A stretch of 64,000 nucleotides of DNA from an uncultured archaeon (lineage in GTDB: Archaea > Thermoproteota > Bathyarchaeia > Bathyarchaeales > Bathycorpusculaceae): NCBI GenBank assembly GCA_963810275.1, contig CAWENF010000014.1, forward strand, positions 96,001-160,000, given 5' to 3'. How positions within the stretch are numbered: the first letter of the stretch is position 1; every line of letters begins with the position of its first letter. Under the pieces are notes generated by a model. The model saw only the letters and a list, made by a program, of their open reading frames with translations. It searched no databases and had not been told where the DNA came from. The translations under genes were made by a program, and so were the position numbers. Shown one piece after another: positions 1-9,288 of this stretch.

Positions 1-721
1 GCTGGTTAATGTCACTTGAGATTTTGATAGCTTGGAACTTGCGGGTTTCCGCCTGAATAAAACTGTACCGCAAAAGCTGATTTCGCTCCCTCTCCAAGTC
101 GTCAAGGCGCTTCTGAACCTCATCGATTCTGCCCATGGCGGTGCGGATCGAAATGTCGGCTGCTCGGAGCTTCTCTTCTGCCTCGGTTTTTTCGGAGTCG
201 TACTGAGCGATGCCGATGAGATCTTCGATGATTTTTCTGCGTTCTTGAGAGGTCAAGTCGGTTAGTCGAGTGATCGTACCCTGCGGAAGGATGTTGTTGC
301 TCATAGTACTAACTGCAGCCATTGAGAGGGTCTCAGTTATCATGGTACGGCTCATGCGGCGCCCGTTGAGGCGGTAGACGCTTTGACCGTTGCGGTAAAC
401 TTCTCGCGAAATGGTCACCGTTGTAGTATCTACTGGCATTAAGCCATCGCTATTGTCGAATTGAACCACGACTTTAGCCATCTTAGCCTTGTCTAAACCC
501 GCTTTTTCGGAGCCATGAAAAATCAGCTTTGCACTGTTCTCTGCTCTAAGTCGTCGGGTGCTAAGTTCTCCCAGAGAGAAAAGCAGGGCGTCCATGATGT
601 TAGATTTGCCGCTTCCGTTGGGACCAGTTACTGCTGTGAACCCCTTCTCGAAGTTGACCTTAACTGTTTGTGGCCCAAAAGACTTAAAGCCTTTTAACTC
701 GATTTTTTTGATGTACGGCAC
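1..721 (-). CDS. smc: Chromosome segregation protein SMC, N-terminal part (runs off window start)
   Basis: Manual translation from GTG at 721: MPYIKKIELKGFKSFG...FTAVTGPNGSGKSNIMDALLF (Walker A)...ILPQG (Q-loop), then coiled coil; absent from the ORF track because it is truncated. Confidence 0.95.
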   Translation of the reverse strand, partial: MPYIKKIELKGFKSFGPQTVKVNFEKGFTAVTGPNGSGKSNIMDALLFSLGELSTRRLRAENSAKLIFHGSEKAGLDKAKMAKVVVQFDNSDGLMPVDTTTVTISREVYRNGQSVYRLNGRRMSRTMITETLSMAAVSTMSNNILPQGTITRLTDLTSQERRKIIEDLIGIAQYDSEKTEAEEKLRAADISIRTAMGRIDEVQKRLDDLERERNQLLRYSFIQAETRKFQAIKISSDINQ

Positions 722-752
722 TTAGCCTTTTACCCCTCTCACGGAAACGCTT

Positions 753-800
753 GATGTTTTTTAAAACATCCATCAGTATCAAACGTATAAAAGCTTATAC
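753..800. promoter_or_regulatory. Two inverted repeats in the smc upstream region
   Basis: GATGTTTT-tt-AAAACATC (753-770) and GTATAA-aagc-TTATAC (785-800); the second is TATA-like. Confidence 0.35.
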
Positions 801-1199
801 ATATGTTGGTTGCGTTTATACTCCTGTTCTGGTAAAGGTTAAGCGTTAGAAAACCTTTTAGGTTTTTTGTAGAAATGAACCTGTTCGCCAGTAACAGTTA
901 ATTCGCCATATTTTTGCCATCCCGGCATGGGCTGCTTCTTGACTTAATCAATGGTTTTGACGCTTGTGACTTCAAATTCATAATCTTCGAAATTCAGCGT
1001 CTGGATGTACTTCATTCGACAAATGAAGTCCCTTCAATAGTTGAGAGCATAGGTAGAGAGAAAGGCCAAATTATTTTTATTTTGTTTTTTATAGTTCTGA
1101 TCTATTTGCTTCCCTCTAAATCCCTGAATTCCGTGAAGATCTTCGGGGCTGGCTGCAAAGTTTAATTAGAGATCGCAGCGGTACCTTTTGGGGATTTCA

Positions 1200-1433
1200 A
1201 TGTCTGAAGCATACGTATTGATCAATGTTGGATCAGGATCGGAAGACAAAGTGTTAAACGAAATCAAAAAAACCCAAGGCGTAAAAGAAGTCTACGTTTC
1301 CTACGGCGTCTACGATTTAGTCGTCAAAGTTGCCGCCGACTCAGCAGAAGAAATGAAAGAAACCGTAACACATCGACTAAGAAACATCAACGGCGTAGTT
1401 TCAACTTTAACTTTAACAGTCATCGAACAGTAA
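1200..1433 (+). CDS. Stand-alone Lrp/AsnC ligand-binding (RAM) domain protein
   Basis: AYVLINV...V.GVYDLVVKV...I.GV.ST.T pattern; no HTH. Confidence 0.85.
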   Translation: MSEAYVLINVGSGSEDKVLNEIKKTQGVKEVYVSYGVYDLVVKVAADSAEEMKETVTHRLRNINGVVSTLTLTVIEQ

Positions 1434-2087
1434 TAGTCTGAACGGAGCCTCAGAAACCGAAAAATCGTTCAAAAAATCCACTTAGTCAGAAATTAAAACT
1501 ACCCAAGCACCAGTCTTGGGTACGCGGGCGATCCAAAAATTTTCTGGAATTTTTTCGGTATCAACTTCTTCAATGATTCATTGATTGGGCATAGCCAAAA
1601 ATAGAAAGATGTAGATTGCTTAATCAACGAATTTATTCTTCTTGGTAATAATCGCAGTCGCAATCTTCATCGTAACGGCAATCATTATCTTCTTCTTCAA
1701 AAATCATGAATAAGCTTATCTATGGAACATTTTTTTGAATTTAATAGGCTTTTCGACATTCATCGAAAATTTTGATTCTAGAGATGATAACAAAAAAGTA
1801 TAGAAACAAGGAGAAAAAGAAAGATTGTGCTATGTGTTTTTTTACCTAAAGCAAATAGTCATCAAGAGTAGTGCGTTGCAAAGTTAACACTTAACTTTAA
1901 TTTTAATGGCGAAATCAACTTTGAACGCCCACAAACAAATACATAACTCCATGTTGTTTAAAAGTTTTATATATACTTAGACACATTTGCTATGAAGATT
2001 CAAAATTCATAACACCTTTATTTTCATACCGTCCAATTAACAGTAAAAACAGCTCTGAGACTAAACACTAAAGGGCACAGTATCGAG

Positions 2088-2462
2088 ATGAAATCGTTGG
2101 GTGAAAAAGACAGGGACCAAAACTATGAGGCAATTCTACTGCAATCGATAGATGAAGCCTTACTAACCCTGGGAGAAAACGTTCGATTATCAATCTACTT
2201 CCATCTTCAAACAAAATTCGGTCTCCCCAAGAACGAAATCCCTAACCAATCAGTGGAGTTCTCAGATGCCCTAGACAAAATTTTTGGGGAAGCTTCGAGA
2301 AAAATTGAAATTCTCATAATGAAGTTCCTAAACGAAAAAGTGCAATGCAAATACAAGTGGACGGGTCCAAATTGGCTGGTTCCTAACTTAACTTTTGAAG
2401 ACTACTTAAAAATGGTAAAGGTCAAATTGGAAAGTGAGAAAAGCAAGCAGAGGCGCAGCTAA
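2088..2462 (+). CDS. Small helical protein of the DUF3227/NitrOD5-like family
   Basis: LLQSIDEALLTLGENVRLSIYFHL...FSDALDKIFGEASRKIEILI, typical of TACK signalling-associated domains. Confidence 0.6.
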   Translation: MKSLGEKDRDQNYEAILLQSIDEALLTLGENVRLSIYFHLQTKFGLPKNEIPNQSVEFSDALDKIFGEASRKIEILIMKFLNEKVQCKYKWTGPNWLVPNLTFEDYLKMVKVKLESEKSKQRRS

Positions 2463-2757
2463 ATGGAGGAGGGCAAGCGGGTCAGAAAACAAAGTGACAC
2501 CTTCATCACGTTAATTATTCTGCTGGATTTAAAAAACAACATTGTATCGATTAACCACGCCAGTAAGGTATGCATCAGAATAAAGAAAGAGGAATTCACA
2601 GGAATAAGCCCGTTCAGAAAAGGGTTATTTGGAGAGAGAGAAACCGTCATGGAAATCCACGGCGAAACCATAACGGTTCAAGCGGTAAAACCTAGGGCAC
2701 GAATTTCAAGTTATACTTACCTTTTGAACATAAAACAAAAGGAGGAGGTGAAAATGC

Positions 2758-3210
2758 ATGGATAAACATCCCCGAATCCTCGTTGTCGACGACGACGAAA
2801 CTATCCGCACAACCATGAAAGTTATACTGCAAGACGAAGGCTACATAGTGGACCTCGCTGCTACAGGCAAAGAAGCCATCCAAAAAACTCAAGAGGAAAC
2901 TTACAACATCGCACTCTTAGACATCAGACTACCCGATATGGAAGGCGTAGAACTTCTTAAAATGCTCAAAGACGGCGTGCCCCGAACCCGCAAAATCATG
3001 GTCACCGGCTACCCGTCAATGCAAAACGCTATTTCCGCTTTAAACAAAAACGCAGACGCATACTTACTAAAACCCGTCGACGTCGAGAAACTGTTGGCAA
3101 CTGTGAAACAGCAGCTTTATGCTCAGGAGAGCGATCGTAAATTCAGCGAAGAGAAAGTAGCTGAATTCATCGAAAGCAGAGTTAAAGAAGTCTCCACAGG
3201 CAATCTCTAA
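2758..3210 (+). CDS. Response regulator (receiver domain with short C-terminal helix)
   Basis: ILVVDDD, LLDIRLPD (phospho-Asp), VTG, YLLKP. Confidence 0.92.
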   Translation: MDKHPRILVVDDDETIRTTMKVILQDEGYIVDLAATGKEAIQKTQEETYNIALLDIRLPDMEGVELLKMLKDGVPRTRKIMVTGYPSMQNAISALNKNADAYLLKPVDVEKLLATVKQQLYAQESDRKFSEEKVAEFIESRVKEVSTGNL

Positions 3211-3385
3211 GCTGCCTTAACACATACCTTTCCTTTTTATTTTTGGTGTATGCTGTTTTGTAGCTGAGTTTAGCCGTCGGTTGGCGTCGTTTTTTAAGAA
3301 GACTATCACCCATTTATAAGTGGTTGTGAGAGCAGAAAATTTTTATCTCCCCGTGTGTTGGTCTCAGGGTACAGGTTAAAGAAAT

Positions 3386-3610
3386 ATGAGTTTTGGAAAC
3401 ATTAGGATGCTTAGCGGCGTTCAAGAAGTGCTTTCATTGGTGCTGATGATAGTGGCTATGATGGCTGTTATTTACCTGCCGGACATTGATTTAATGGTCA
3501 GGGTCGGCATCGCCGTGTTCGCTTTTGCAGTGATTATGCTAGTAAACTTGGCTACAGCGCTACTTAAGCAGCAGAAGGAAATTAGAGAGCGCCAAATGAA
3601 GCAGGCGTAA
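3386..3610 (+). CDS. Small two-TM membrane protein
   Basis: Two hydrophobic helices with a basic tail; TATA-like TTTTTAT upstream. Confidence 0.6.
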   Translation: MSFGNIRMLSGVQEVLSLVLMIVAMMAVIYLPDIDLMVRVGIAVFAFAVIMLVNLATALLKQQKEIRERQMKQA

Positions 3611-3677
3611 CCCTTCAGTTTTTAGCTTTCAGTTTCAGTTACCTCCCCCCTCCATGGCGTGGTCTTTTCCTCGATGC

Positions 3678-3685
3678 TTTAAATA
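3678..3685 (+). promoter_or_regulatory. TATA box upstream of the RadA-like gene
   Basis: TTTAAATA about 50 nt upstream of the start. Confidence 0.45.
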
Positions 3686-3734
3686 GACAAAACAGGCGAT
3701 ACTTTGCCAATATAACAGTTGGAGACACCAAGCC

Positions 3735-4448
3735 GTGATGCAAAACATAATAGTTAAGCCCCAGATGGCACAGCAGAAATTCACATTCAACACTCTAGAA
3801 GTAGACGACCTCTACCCAGGATTCACCCCTGGAGAATTCGCTGTCATCCACGGCTCAAACAGCGTCTCAATACTCTCCGCCATGCTCTGCGTCCGGGCAC
3901 AGCTACCCACTCAGCTAGGCGGGTTAAGCGGCAACGTAATCTACATCGACTGTGCAAACACCTTTTCAGCCGACAAAATCGCACGCTATGCCCAAACCAA
4001 TCACCTCAACCCCCACGGCGTACGCCAACGAATCTACAACTTTAGTGCATTCACCGCCTACCAACTCACCTCTCTAATAGTTGATAAGCTGGAAGAAAAA
4101 CTGCTTAGCTGCAACGCAAAACTCGTCATAGTCTCAGACATCGCAAACTTGTTCATCGACAACGCTTTCCCAAAAGAAGAAACTCAGCGGGCATACGGAC
4201 AAATCATCACTTACCTCGCGAATTTAGCCCTCAAACACCAAATCATAGTAATAGCCACCTACCCGTCTCACGAGGGCAGCGCAAGAAACATTGCCCTAAA
4301 AGAAATGACGCTTAGCAAAGCAGATACGGTGTTGTCATACTACAAGTCCCCCTACACCGCCGAGTTGAATTTAGAGAAGCACCCAACCTACATGCTGGGT
4401 ACCGTTGAACCTCCTACTGAGAATATGTCGCTCACAGCGTTTTTTTAG
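3735..4448 (+). CDS. RadA/Rad51-like protein with degenerate Walker A (inactivated RadA paralogue)
   Basis: CVRAQLPTQLGGLSGNVIYIDCANTF and AFTAYQL are RadA-like; the P-loop position reads GSNSVSILS (no GKT/S). Confidence 0.8.
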   Translation: MMQNIIVKPQMAQQKFTFNTLEVDDLYPGFTPGEFAVIHGSNSVSILSAMLCVRAQLPTQLGGLSGNVIYIDCANTFSADKIARYAQTNHLNPHGVRQRIYNFSAFTAYQLTSLIVDKLEEKLLSCNAKLVIVSDIANLFIDNAFPKEETQRAYGQIITYLANLALKHQIIVIATYPSHEGSARNIALKEMTLSKADTVLSYYKSPYTAELNLEKHPTYMLGTVEPPTENMSLTAFF

Positions 4449-5309
4449 CCACAAAACCCCTTAGTGACCCTTACGATGTTCAGGATAAGCATAACTGCTC
4501 CGCAGGTTGCTTCTCTTCTGTTTTTTGCATAGTCCATCCGCCACATCCCAGTGGGCAACTGTTTTCCAGCCAGCAAAGCCCCCTCTGGATATTTAAATCA
4601 TCCTTAACCTAGCCAATCTGCATCAATATTTCAAGTACGGTAAGAATGTTGGCCACCAGAACATAAAGCGTATCCAGTATCGAGCAGCCTGATATGAAGT
4701 GTAAAAAGTGAGGCTGAAAAAAGATGGCTTTAATTAACATCAGAAGTATTGCCATCGCGTAGTAGATGAAACACGGGTTAGCGAGCATACGGATGTCTCT
4801 TTCTGATGTTTGATTGCTGAAAAGGTACATTGATGACTACTCCACCGTCGGGTGCTAACTTGCTAGTTCATATCGTTTAAATAGAATGCAAAAGTTTCTC
4901 GATGTTTCCGCGAGTTCGCGTTGCTTTTCTGGGTAAGTGACGGGTTTTTTCCGTCGTGCTTCTATGAACCTTCTGGCTGATGCTTGGGAATTATTCGCTG
5001 GACGTAGGCAGCTACCAAATTACTGTTATTGACACGACTGCTTCTTCTTGCAGGTCGCGGTGCGAAGTATTCTAAGGCTTTGTCCTTTGGATAGCAGGAC
5101 AGGTAGGATGTCGGTTTTTAGTTCTTGTATCCAAGGTTGGGCAAAAATGCGTAGGAGGTAAGCGAACAGCTTATTGTCAATATAGCGCACCTGATGCATC
5201 GAAAACAAAATAAATCGAGCGGATGGAATTTAGCTTTTGATTCACTGAAAAGACGCAATAGCCATATAGCAGTTGATTGGAAAATAAAAGTGAAATGGGT
5301 TGGGGAAGT

Positions 5310-5540
5310 TTAATAGAAGTTTCGGGCTTCTTTTCGTTTCTCAGCTTCCTCATAGAAGCGAAGAACTTCATCAATGATTTCGACGTTGGAGAGCAGCATA
5401 CGCCTGCAACAGTACCGTTTAATTCCGAGGCTGTCAAGCACGTCGCTTGCGTTCTCGCCAGTCTTTATGCGCCGAGTGAATTCGTCCCATCGGTCTCCAA
5501 CCAACTTGCCGCAGGTGAAGCATCTAACTGGGATAATCAC
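5310..5540 (-). CDS. rpoN: RNA polymerase subunit N (Rpo10)
   Basis: [12 protein letters not shown]...RYCCRRM. Confidence 0.98.
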   Translation of the reverse strand: MIIPVRCFTCGKLVGDRWDEFTRRIKTGENASDVLDSLGIKRYCCRRMLLSNVEIIDEVLRFYEEAEKRKEARNFY

Positions 5541-5553
5541 TTTCTTCTATCTC

Positions 5554-5970
5554 CTACCTGTACGATTTCTGTTCCTTGGAACGTGCGCCTGATCCGCCCA
5601 CTTTCTTTGTTTCTTTAGCTCTGCTATCGCCAGCAACCATTGTACGGTCATATTCATTGAATACTGTACGCAGATGGCTGCTTTTGGTCCATTTGAGAAG
5701 ACCATTGGCTATTGCCATGCGCGCTGCTTCTGCTTGCCCCATGTAGCCGCCGCCACTTGTCCTGACGTCCATATCGACTTGTTGCCATACATCGCCGCCA
5801 GCTTGGAGAAGAGGCTCCATGATTTTAGCTTTGGCAATATCTGGTGCATAAATTTCAACTGGAGTTAGGTTTATGCGGACTTTACCGACGCCTTGCCGTA
5901 TGATGGCACGAGCGACTGCTGTTTTACGTTTTCCACTTACTACTAAAACTTTTTTTGTTGTTGTTGGCAT
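5554..5970 (-). CDS. rps9: 30S ribosomal protein S9 (uS9)
   Basis: GKRKTAVARA, GGGYMGQAEAAR, C-terminal QKSYR; ATG at 5970. Confidence 0.97.
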   Translation of the reverse strand: MPTTTKKVLVVSGKRKTAVARAIIRQGVGKVRINLTPVEIYAPDIAKAKIMEPLLQAGGDVWQQVDMDVRTSGGGYMGQAEAARMAIANGLLKWTKSSHLRTVFNEYDRTMVAGDSRAKETKKVGGSGARSKEQKSYR

Positions 5971-5975
5971 AATAA

Positions 5976-6426
5976 TTACTCCATCCTGTTTCTCCACCCA
6001 ATTTCTTTTGCCATTTCAGCAAGGGTGAAGTGTGGCCCTTTAAGGTTTGCTACTTGAGCTTCATCAAATTGGATCATTGGTTTATCTTTGAATTCTGCTG
6101 GAACACCCAGAGTATGCCTTGAGGTGTTTGTAGGCATTTTTACCTTTCGCCTGTTTCATTGGAAGCATACCACGGAAACTTTTGCGCAGGAACCGATCAG
6201 GTCGGCGGTAGTGGAATGGTCCACGGGCGGGTGCACCGACTTCTAGGAAAAGATGTTGTTCAGCAATTTTGCTCTTTCGTTTACCTGAGAAAACTGCTTT
6301 TTCAGCGTTTAGGATGATTACTTCTTCACCGTTAAGAAGCATTTTAGCTACTTTGCTGCCCATACGGCCGACAATTTGACCTTCAGCGTTCACAAAAGTA
6401 ACTGCAGATTTTGTTGTTGTTTGCAT
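5976..6426 (-). CDS. rpl13: 50S ribosomal protein L13 (uL13), apparent 1-nt insertion near 6111
   Basis: GRMGSKVAK, NAEKAV, RGMLP; removing one base restores YLGVPAEFKD...LAEMAKEIGW to a stop at 5976. Confidence 0.92.
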
Positions 6427-6434
6427 TTCTGGTT

Positions 6435-6797
6435 TCACCGGATAAGTTTTACGTTTGAGCCTTTGGGGTTTTGTGCTAAGAGCTCTTGGATTGTGATGCA
6501 CTTGGATTTTGCCGCTTCCAGTTTGGTTTTAGCAGATTCTGAAGCCTCAAAAGCTGCCACTGTTACTGCGTGGTCCAGTGCACCTGAAGCCAGCACTTTG
6601 CCTGGAACAACCACTACACCGTCTTTCTCGCTGTGCCTGTTTACGTTGCTCAGGTTGACGGCGACACGTTGTCTACGTGTGTGAGCAAGATAGTCTGCTA
6701 CGTCAGCCCAGATTGGAGCTTCCTGTTCTTTGCTAGTTTTACGTAGGAGACGGATGACTTCGATTAGTTGTGGATTGGTGGTTTTGGTTTCTCTCAT
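6435..6797 (-). CDS. rpl18e: 50S ribosomal protein L18e
   Basis: TTNPQL, VNLSNVNR, VVVPGKVL, NPKGS; operon position. Confidence 0.96.
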   Translation of the reverse strand: MRETKTTNPQLIEVIRLLRKTSKEQEAPIWADVADYLAHTRRQRVAVNLSNVNRHSEKDGVVVVPGKVLASGALDHAVTVAAFEASESAKTKLEAAKSKCITIQELLAQNPKGSNVKLIR

Positions 6798-7621
6798 TGT
6801 TGTTCAGCCTTGATTTGTTCTTCAAACTCGTTTAGTTGTTTACCTAACAATTTCGATGCTTCTTTGAGTACCCGTTCAGGGGGAAGAGCACCTGAAGATT
6901 CAACATTCATGATGAATTGACCTTTCTCCCACTCAACATTCAATGGGGAAGGCTTCTGTGGGCAAGCTTCAACGCAGTCCATGCAAAGTGTACATGCCAG
7001 CAGGTCTTTGACTTCCACCTTGTCGTCTTTCATCTGGAAGACTTTTTTAGGACAGATTTCAACGCATTTCTGACAGTCGGTGCATTTTTCTGCGGGAACG
7101 TTGATTTTAGGGTAGTATTTGTATGCGCACATAGAGACAGGTTGCCACTTAGCGTGGGTTTTGCCTCGTCCAAGGCGCGCGTATGCTTCAAGCTTAAGCT
7201 TCTGGTTTTTTGCCAGTTTAATTATTGGAACTTTATCGGATACTGGGAGAACCTCGGGGTTTTCGGAGACAATTTCGCCGCTGTAAACTGTGCGTGTGCC
7301 TTCTTGGGCTTCAGCATCCAACGTTAGAGTTACTCTGCATTGTGGGCAGCCGAATTCGCTTTGGCATTCGCATTCTTCTGACAAATTGTATGTGTCGAGG
7401 TTTGTCCTAAGCGGAGTCAAACCCAAGCGGTGGGCGATGATTTCGTCTTGCAGAATCGAGGTGTTCTCAATCATAACGACTTCTTCGATTGCCATGCATG
7501 GGACTTCAGCAAGCGCTAGACGCCTCAGTGCATTCATTAAGGGAACATCCGCGTCTTTAACAACTATGCGGAGGTTGATATCGTCTTTTTCTAAGATTTC
7601 AATTTTCACTTGCTGAGACAC
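6794..7621 (-). CDS. rpoD: RNA polymerase subunit D (Rpo3) with ferredoxin-like insertion
   Basis: NALRR, DEIIAHRLGLTP, HAKWQP; CxxCxxCxxxCP twice. Confidence 0.97.
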   Translation of the reverse strand: MSQQVKIEILEKDDINLRIVVKDADVPLMNALRRLALAEVPCMAIEEVVMIENTSILQDEIIAHRLGLTPLRTNLDTYNLSEECECQSEFGCPQCRVTLTLDAEAQEGTRTVYSGEIVSENPEVLPVSDKVPIIKLAKNQKLKLEAYARLGRGKTHAKWQPVSMCAYKYYPKINVPAEKCTDCQKCVEICPKKVFQMKDDKVEVKDLLACTLCMDCVEACPQKPSPLNVEWEKGQFIMNVESSGALPPERVLKEASKLLGKQLNEFEEQIKAEQQ

Positions 7622-7709
7622 TCCAATAAGCTTCCTAATTTGGCTGTGCGGTCAATAGGATATTTCGGTGCATTATTTGTATTTTTCCCTTAAAATGGGA
7701 GAGAAGAGG

Positions 7710-8120
7710 TTAGACTCTTCTGCCTCTTCTGCCGCCGGGTCGTCTTGTGCCGTCGTGCGGAATAGGCGTAACTTCTTCAATGCGTTCAATGCGGAATCCG
7801 AAACGTGCCAGCGCCCTGATGGCTGCCTGCGCACCTGGACCAGGAGTTCTGGGACCAGAACCACCTGGTGCTCGAACTTTAATGTGGATTGCAGTGACGC
7901 CCTTGTCACGTGCGATTTCTGCTGCTCCAGTGGCTGCTCTCATGGCTGCGTATGGTGAAGATTCCATGCGGTCAGCTTTGACGAACATGCCGCCTGTGGT
8001 GCGAGCGATTGTTTCTGCGCCTGATATGTCTGTTATGTGGATTAGGGTGTTGTTGTATGAGCTAAAAATGTGGACTATGCCCCATTTCTCACTACGTTTA
8101 CTGTTTGTCATGTTGCTCAA
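7710..8120 (-). CDS. rps11: 30S ribosomal protein S11
   Basis: [37 protein letters not shown]. Confidence 0.98.
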   Translation of the reverse strand: MSNMTNSKRSEKWGIVHIFSSYNNTLIHITDISGAETIARTTGGMFVKADRMESSPYAAMRAATGAAEIARDKGVTAIHIKVRAPGGSGPRTPGPGAQAAIRALARFGFRIERIEEVTPIPHDGTRRPGGRRGRRV

Positions 8121-8707
8121 AATCTGCCGCCTCCACGTCCGCCTCTGCGTCCACGCTGTGGGGTCCTGATTTCAGGTTGTTTTGCTACGACGGATAAACC
8201 GAGACGTAGTGGATGCTCCTGCTTAGCGAGGTCGCTGTCGATTGAGTAGGCAATTTTTGGTTCTTCCTCTTTTGGCACGATATAGCCTGGAATAGTCACG
8301 CGGCGTCCGTCGATGGATACGTGACCATGAGTGATGAGTTGGCGTGCCTGAAAACCTGTCCGGGCCAAGCCTTTGCGGAAAACTATGGTTTGCAATCTGC
8401 GCTCCAAGATGTCTTCAATGGTTAAGTCGAGCACGTTGTCTAGCACTGCGGTTTCTTGCAGGATTCCCCTCTTTTTAAGTTTAGCGAGAAGTTCGTTTTC
8501 CATTTTTGCCCGTGTTTCGGTTGATTCGCTGATGAGTGAACGGGCGATGCCTCTGGCTTTAGACAATGTTGTTTTGTGTCTCCAGAGTTCATGTTTGTTA
8601 CGTAAACCGTATTGCCCAAGAAGTTTGAGCTCTTCCTGAAGTACATCTTTACGCCAACGGAAACGCGGCGTATCAAACTTTTTACGTTGCTTCTTTGGAT
8701 CTCCCAT
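8117..8707 (-). CDS. rps4: 30S ribosomal protein S4
   Basis: [26 protein letters not shown]. Confidence 0.98.
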   Translation of the reverse strand: MGDPKKQRKKFDTPRFRWRKDVLQEELKLLGQYGLRNKHELWRHKTTLSKARGIARSLISESTETRAKMENELLAKLKKRGILQETAVLDNVLDLTIEDILERRLQTIVFRKGLARTGFQARQLITHGHVSIDGRRVTIPGYIVPKEEEPKIAYSIDSDLAKQEHPLRLGLSVVAKQPEIRTPQRGRRGGRGGGRF

Positions 8708-8709
8708 GC

Positions 8710-9180
8710 TTATTTACCTCCTGCTTTGCCTTGCACAGTCTTTTTCTTAACACCTAAAGACTTGCCTGCGCGACCAGTGGTTTTGGTTCTTTGTCCTCTT
8801 ACTTTCAGGCTGTAAGCATGTCGGTATCCACGCCAAGACCTGATTTCTTTTGCGCCATCTATGTCTGTTTTTATTTTGAATGCCAAGTCAGCGGCTAGGA
8901 CATGCATGTCTTTACCTGTTTCGCTGTCTTTTCGGCGGTTAAACATCCAGCCAGGGATGTTATATTTTGGTGGGTCACGAATAACGTCCTCGATTTTGGC
9001 GACGTCTGAATCGGTGATGAAGCCGATACGGAGATCAGGGTTTACGCCTGCCTTCTTGACGATTGCATTTGCAAGACTTGAGTTGACGCCTTTCACGTGC
9101 GCCACTGCGTAGCCTGTCTTAACGGTACCTTGAACGTCTGTACCCATGATACGTACAATATAGCGGTATTCCTGTGACAT
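8710..9180 (-). CDS. rps13: 30S ribosomal protein S13
   Basis: [24 protein letters not shown]. Confidence 0.98.
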   Translation of the reverse strand: MSQEYRYIVRIMGTDVQGTVKTGYAVAHVKGVNSSLANAIVKKAGVNPDLRIGFITDSDVAKIEDVIRDPPKYNIPGWMFNRRKDSETGKDMHVLAADLAFKIKTDIDGAKEIRSWRGYRHAYSLKVRGQRTKTTGRAGKSLGVKKKTVQGKAGGK

Positions 9181-9288
9181 GCTGAGTTTTCATCCGTTTT
9201 TTAGCTTGAAGCATATACGAAATGACTTGGTGTTTATTTAAACCTTCCCTAGCAGAAATATCCATCAATCGTAAGCCGAAAAAGTAGG

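Noticed and set aside
1500-1522. 8-bp perfect hairpin TACCCAAG/CTTGGGTA downstream of the Lrp-like gene
   Set aside because: Isolated, with no tRNA or sRNA features; at most a terminator-associated stem.
4450-5280. Short minus-strand ORFs (4609-4830, 5026-5208)
   Set aside because: No recognisable motifs; probably decayed sequence and not assignable.
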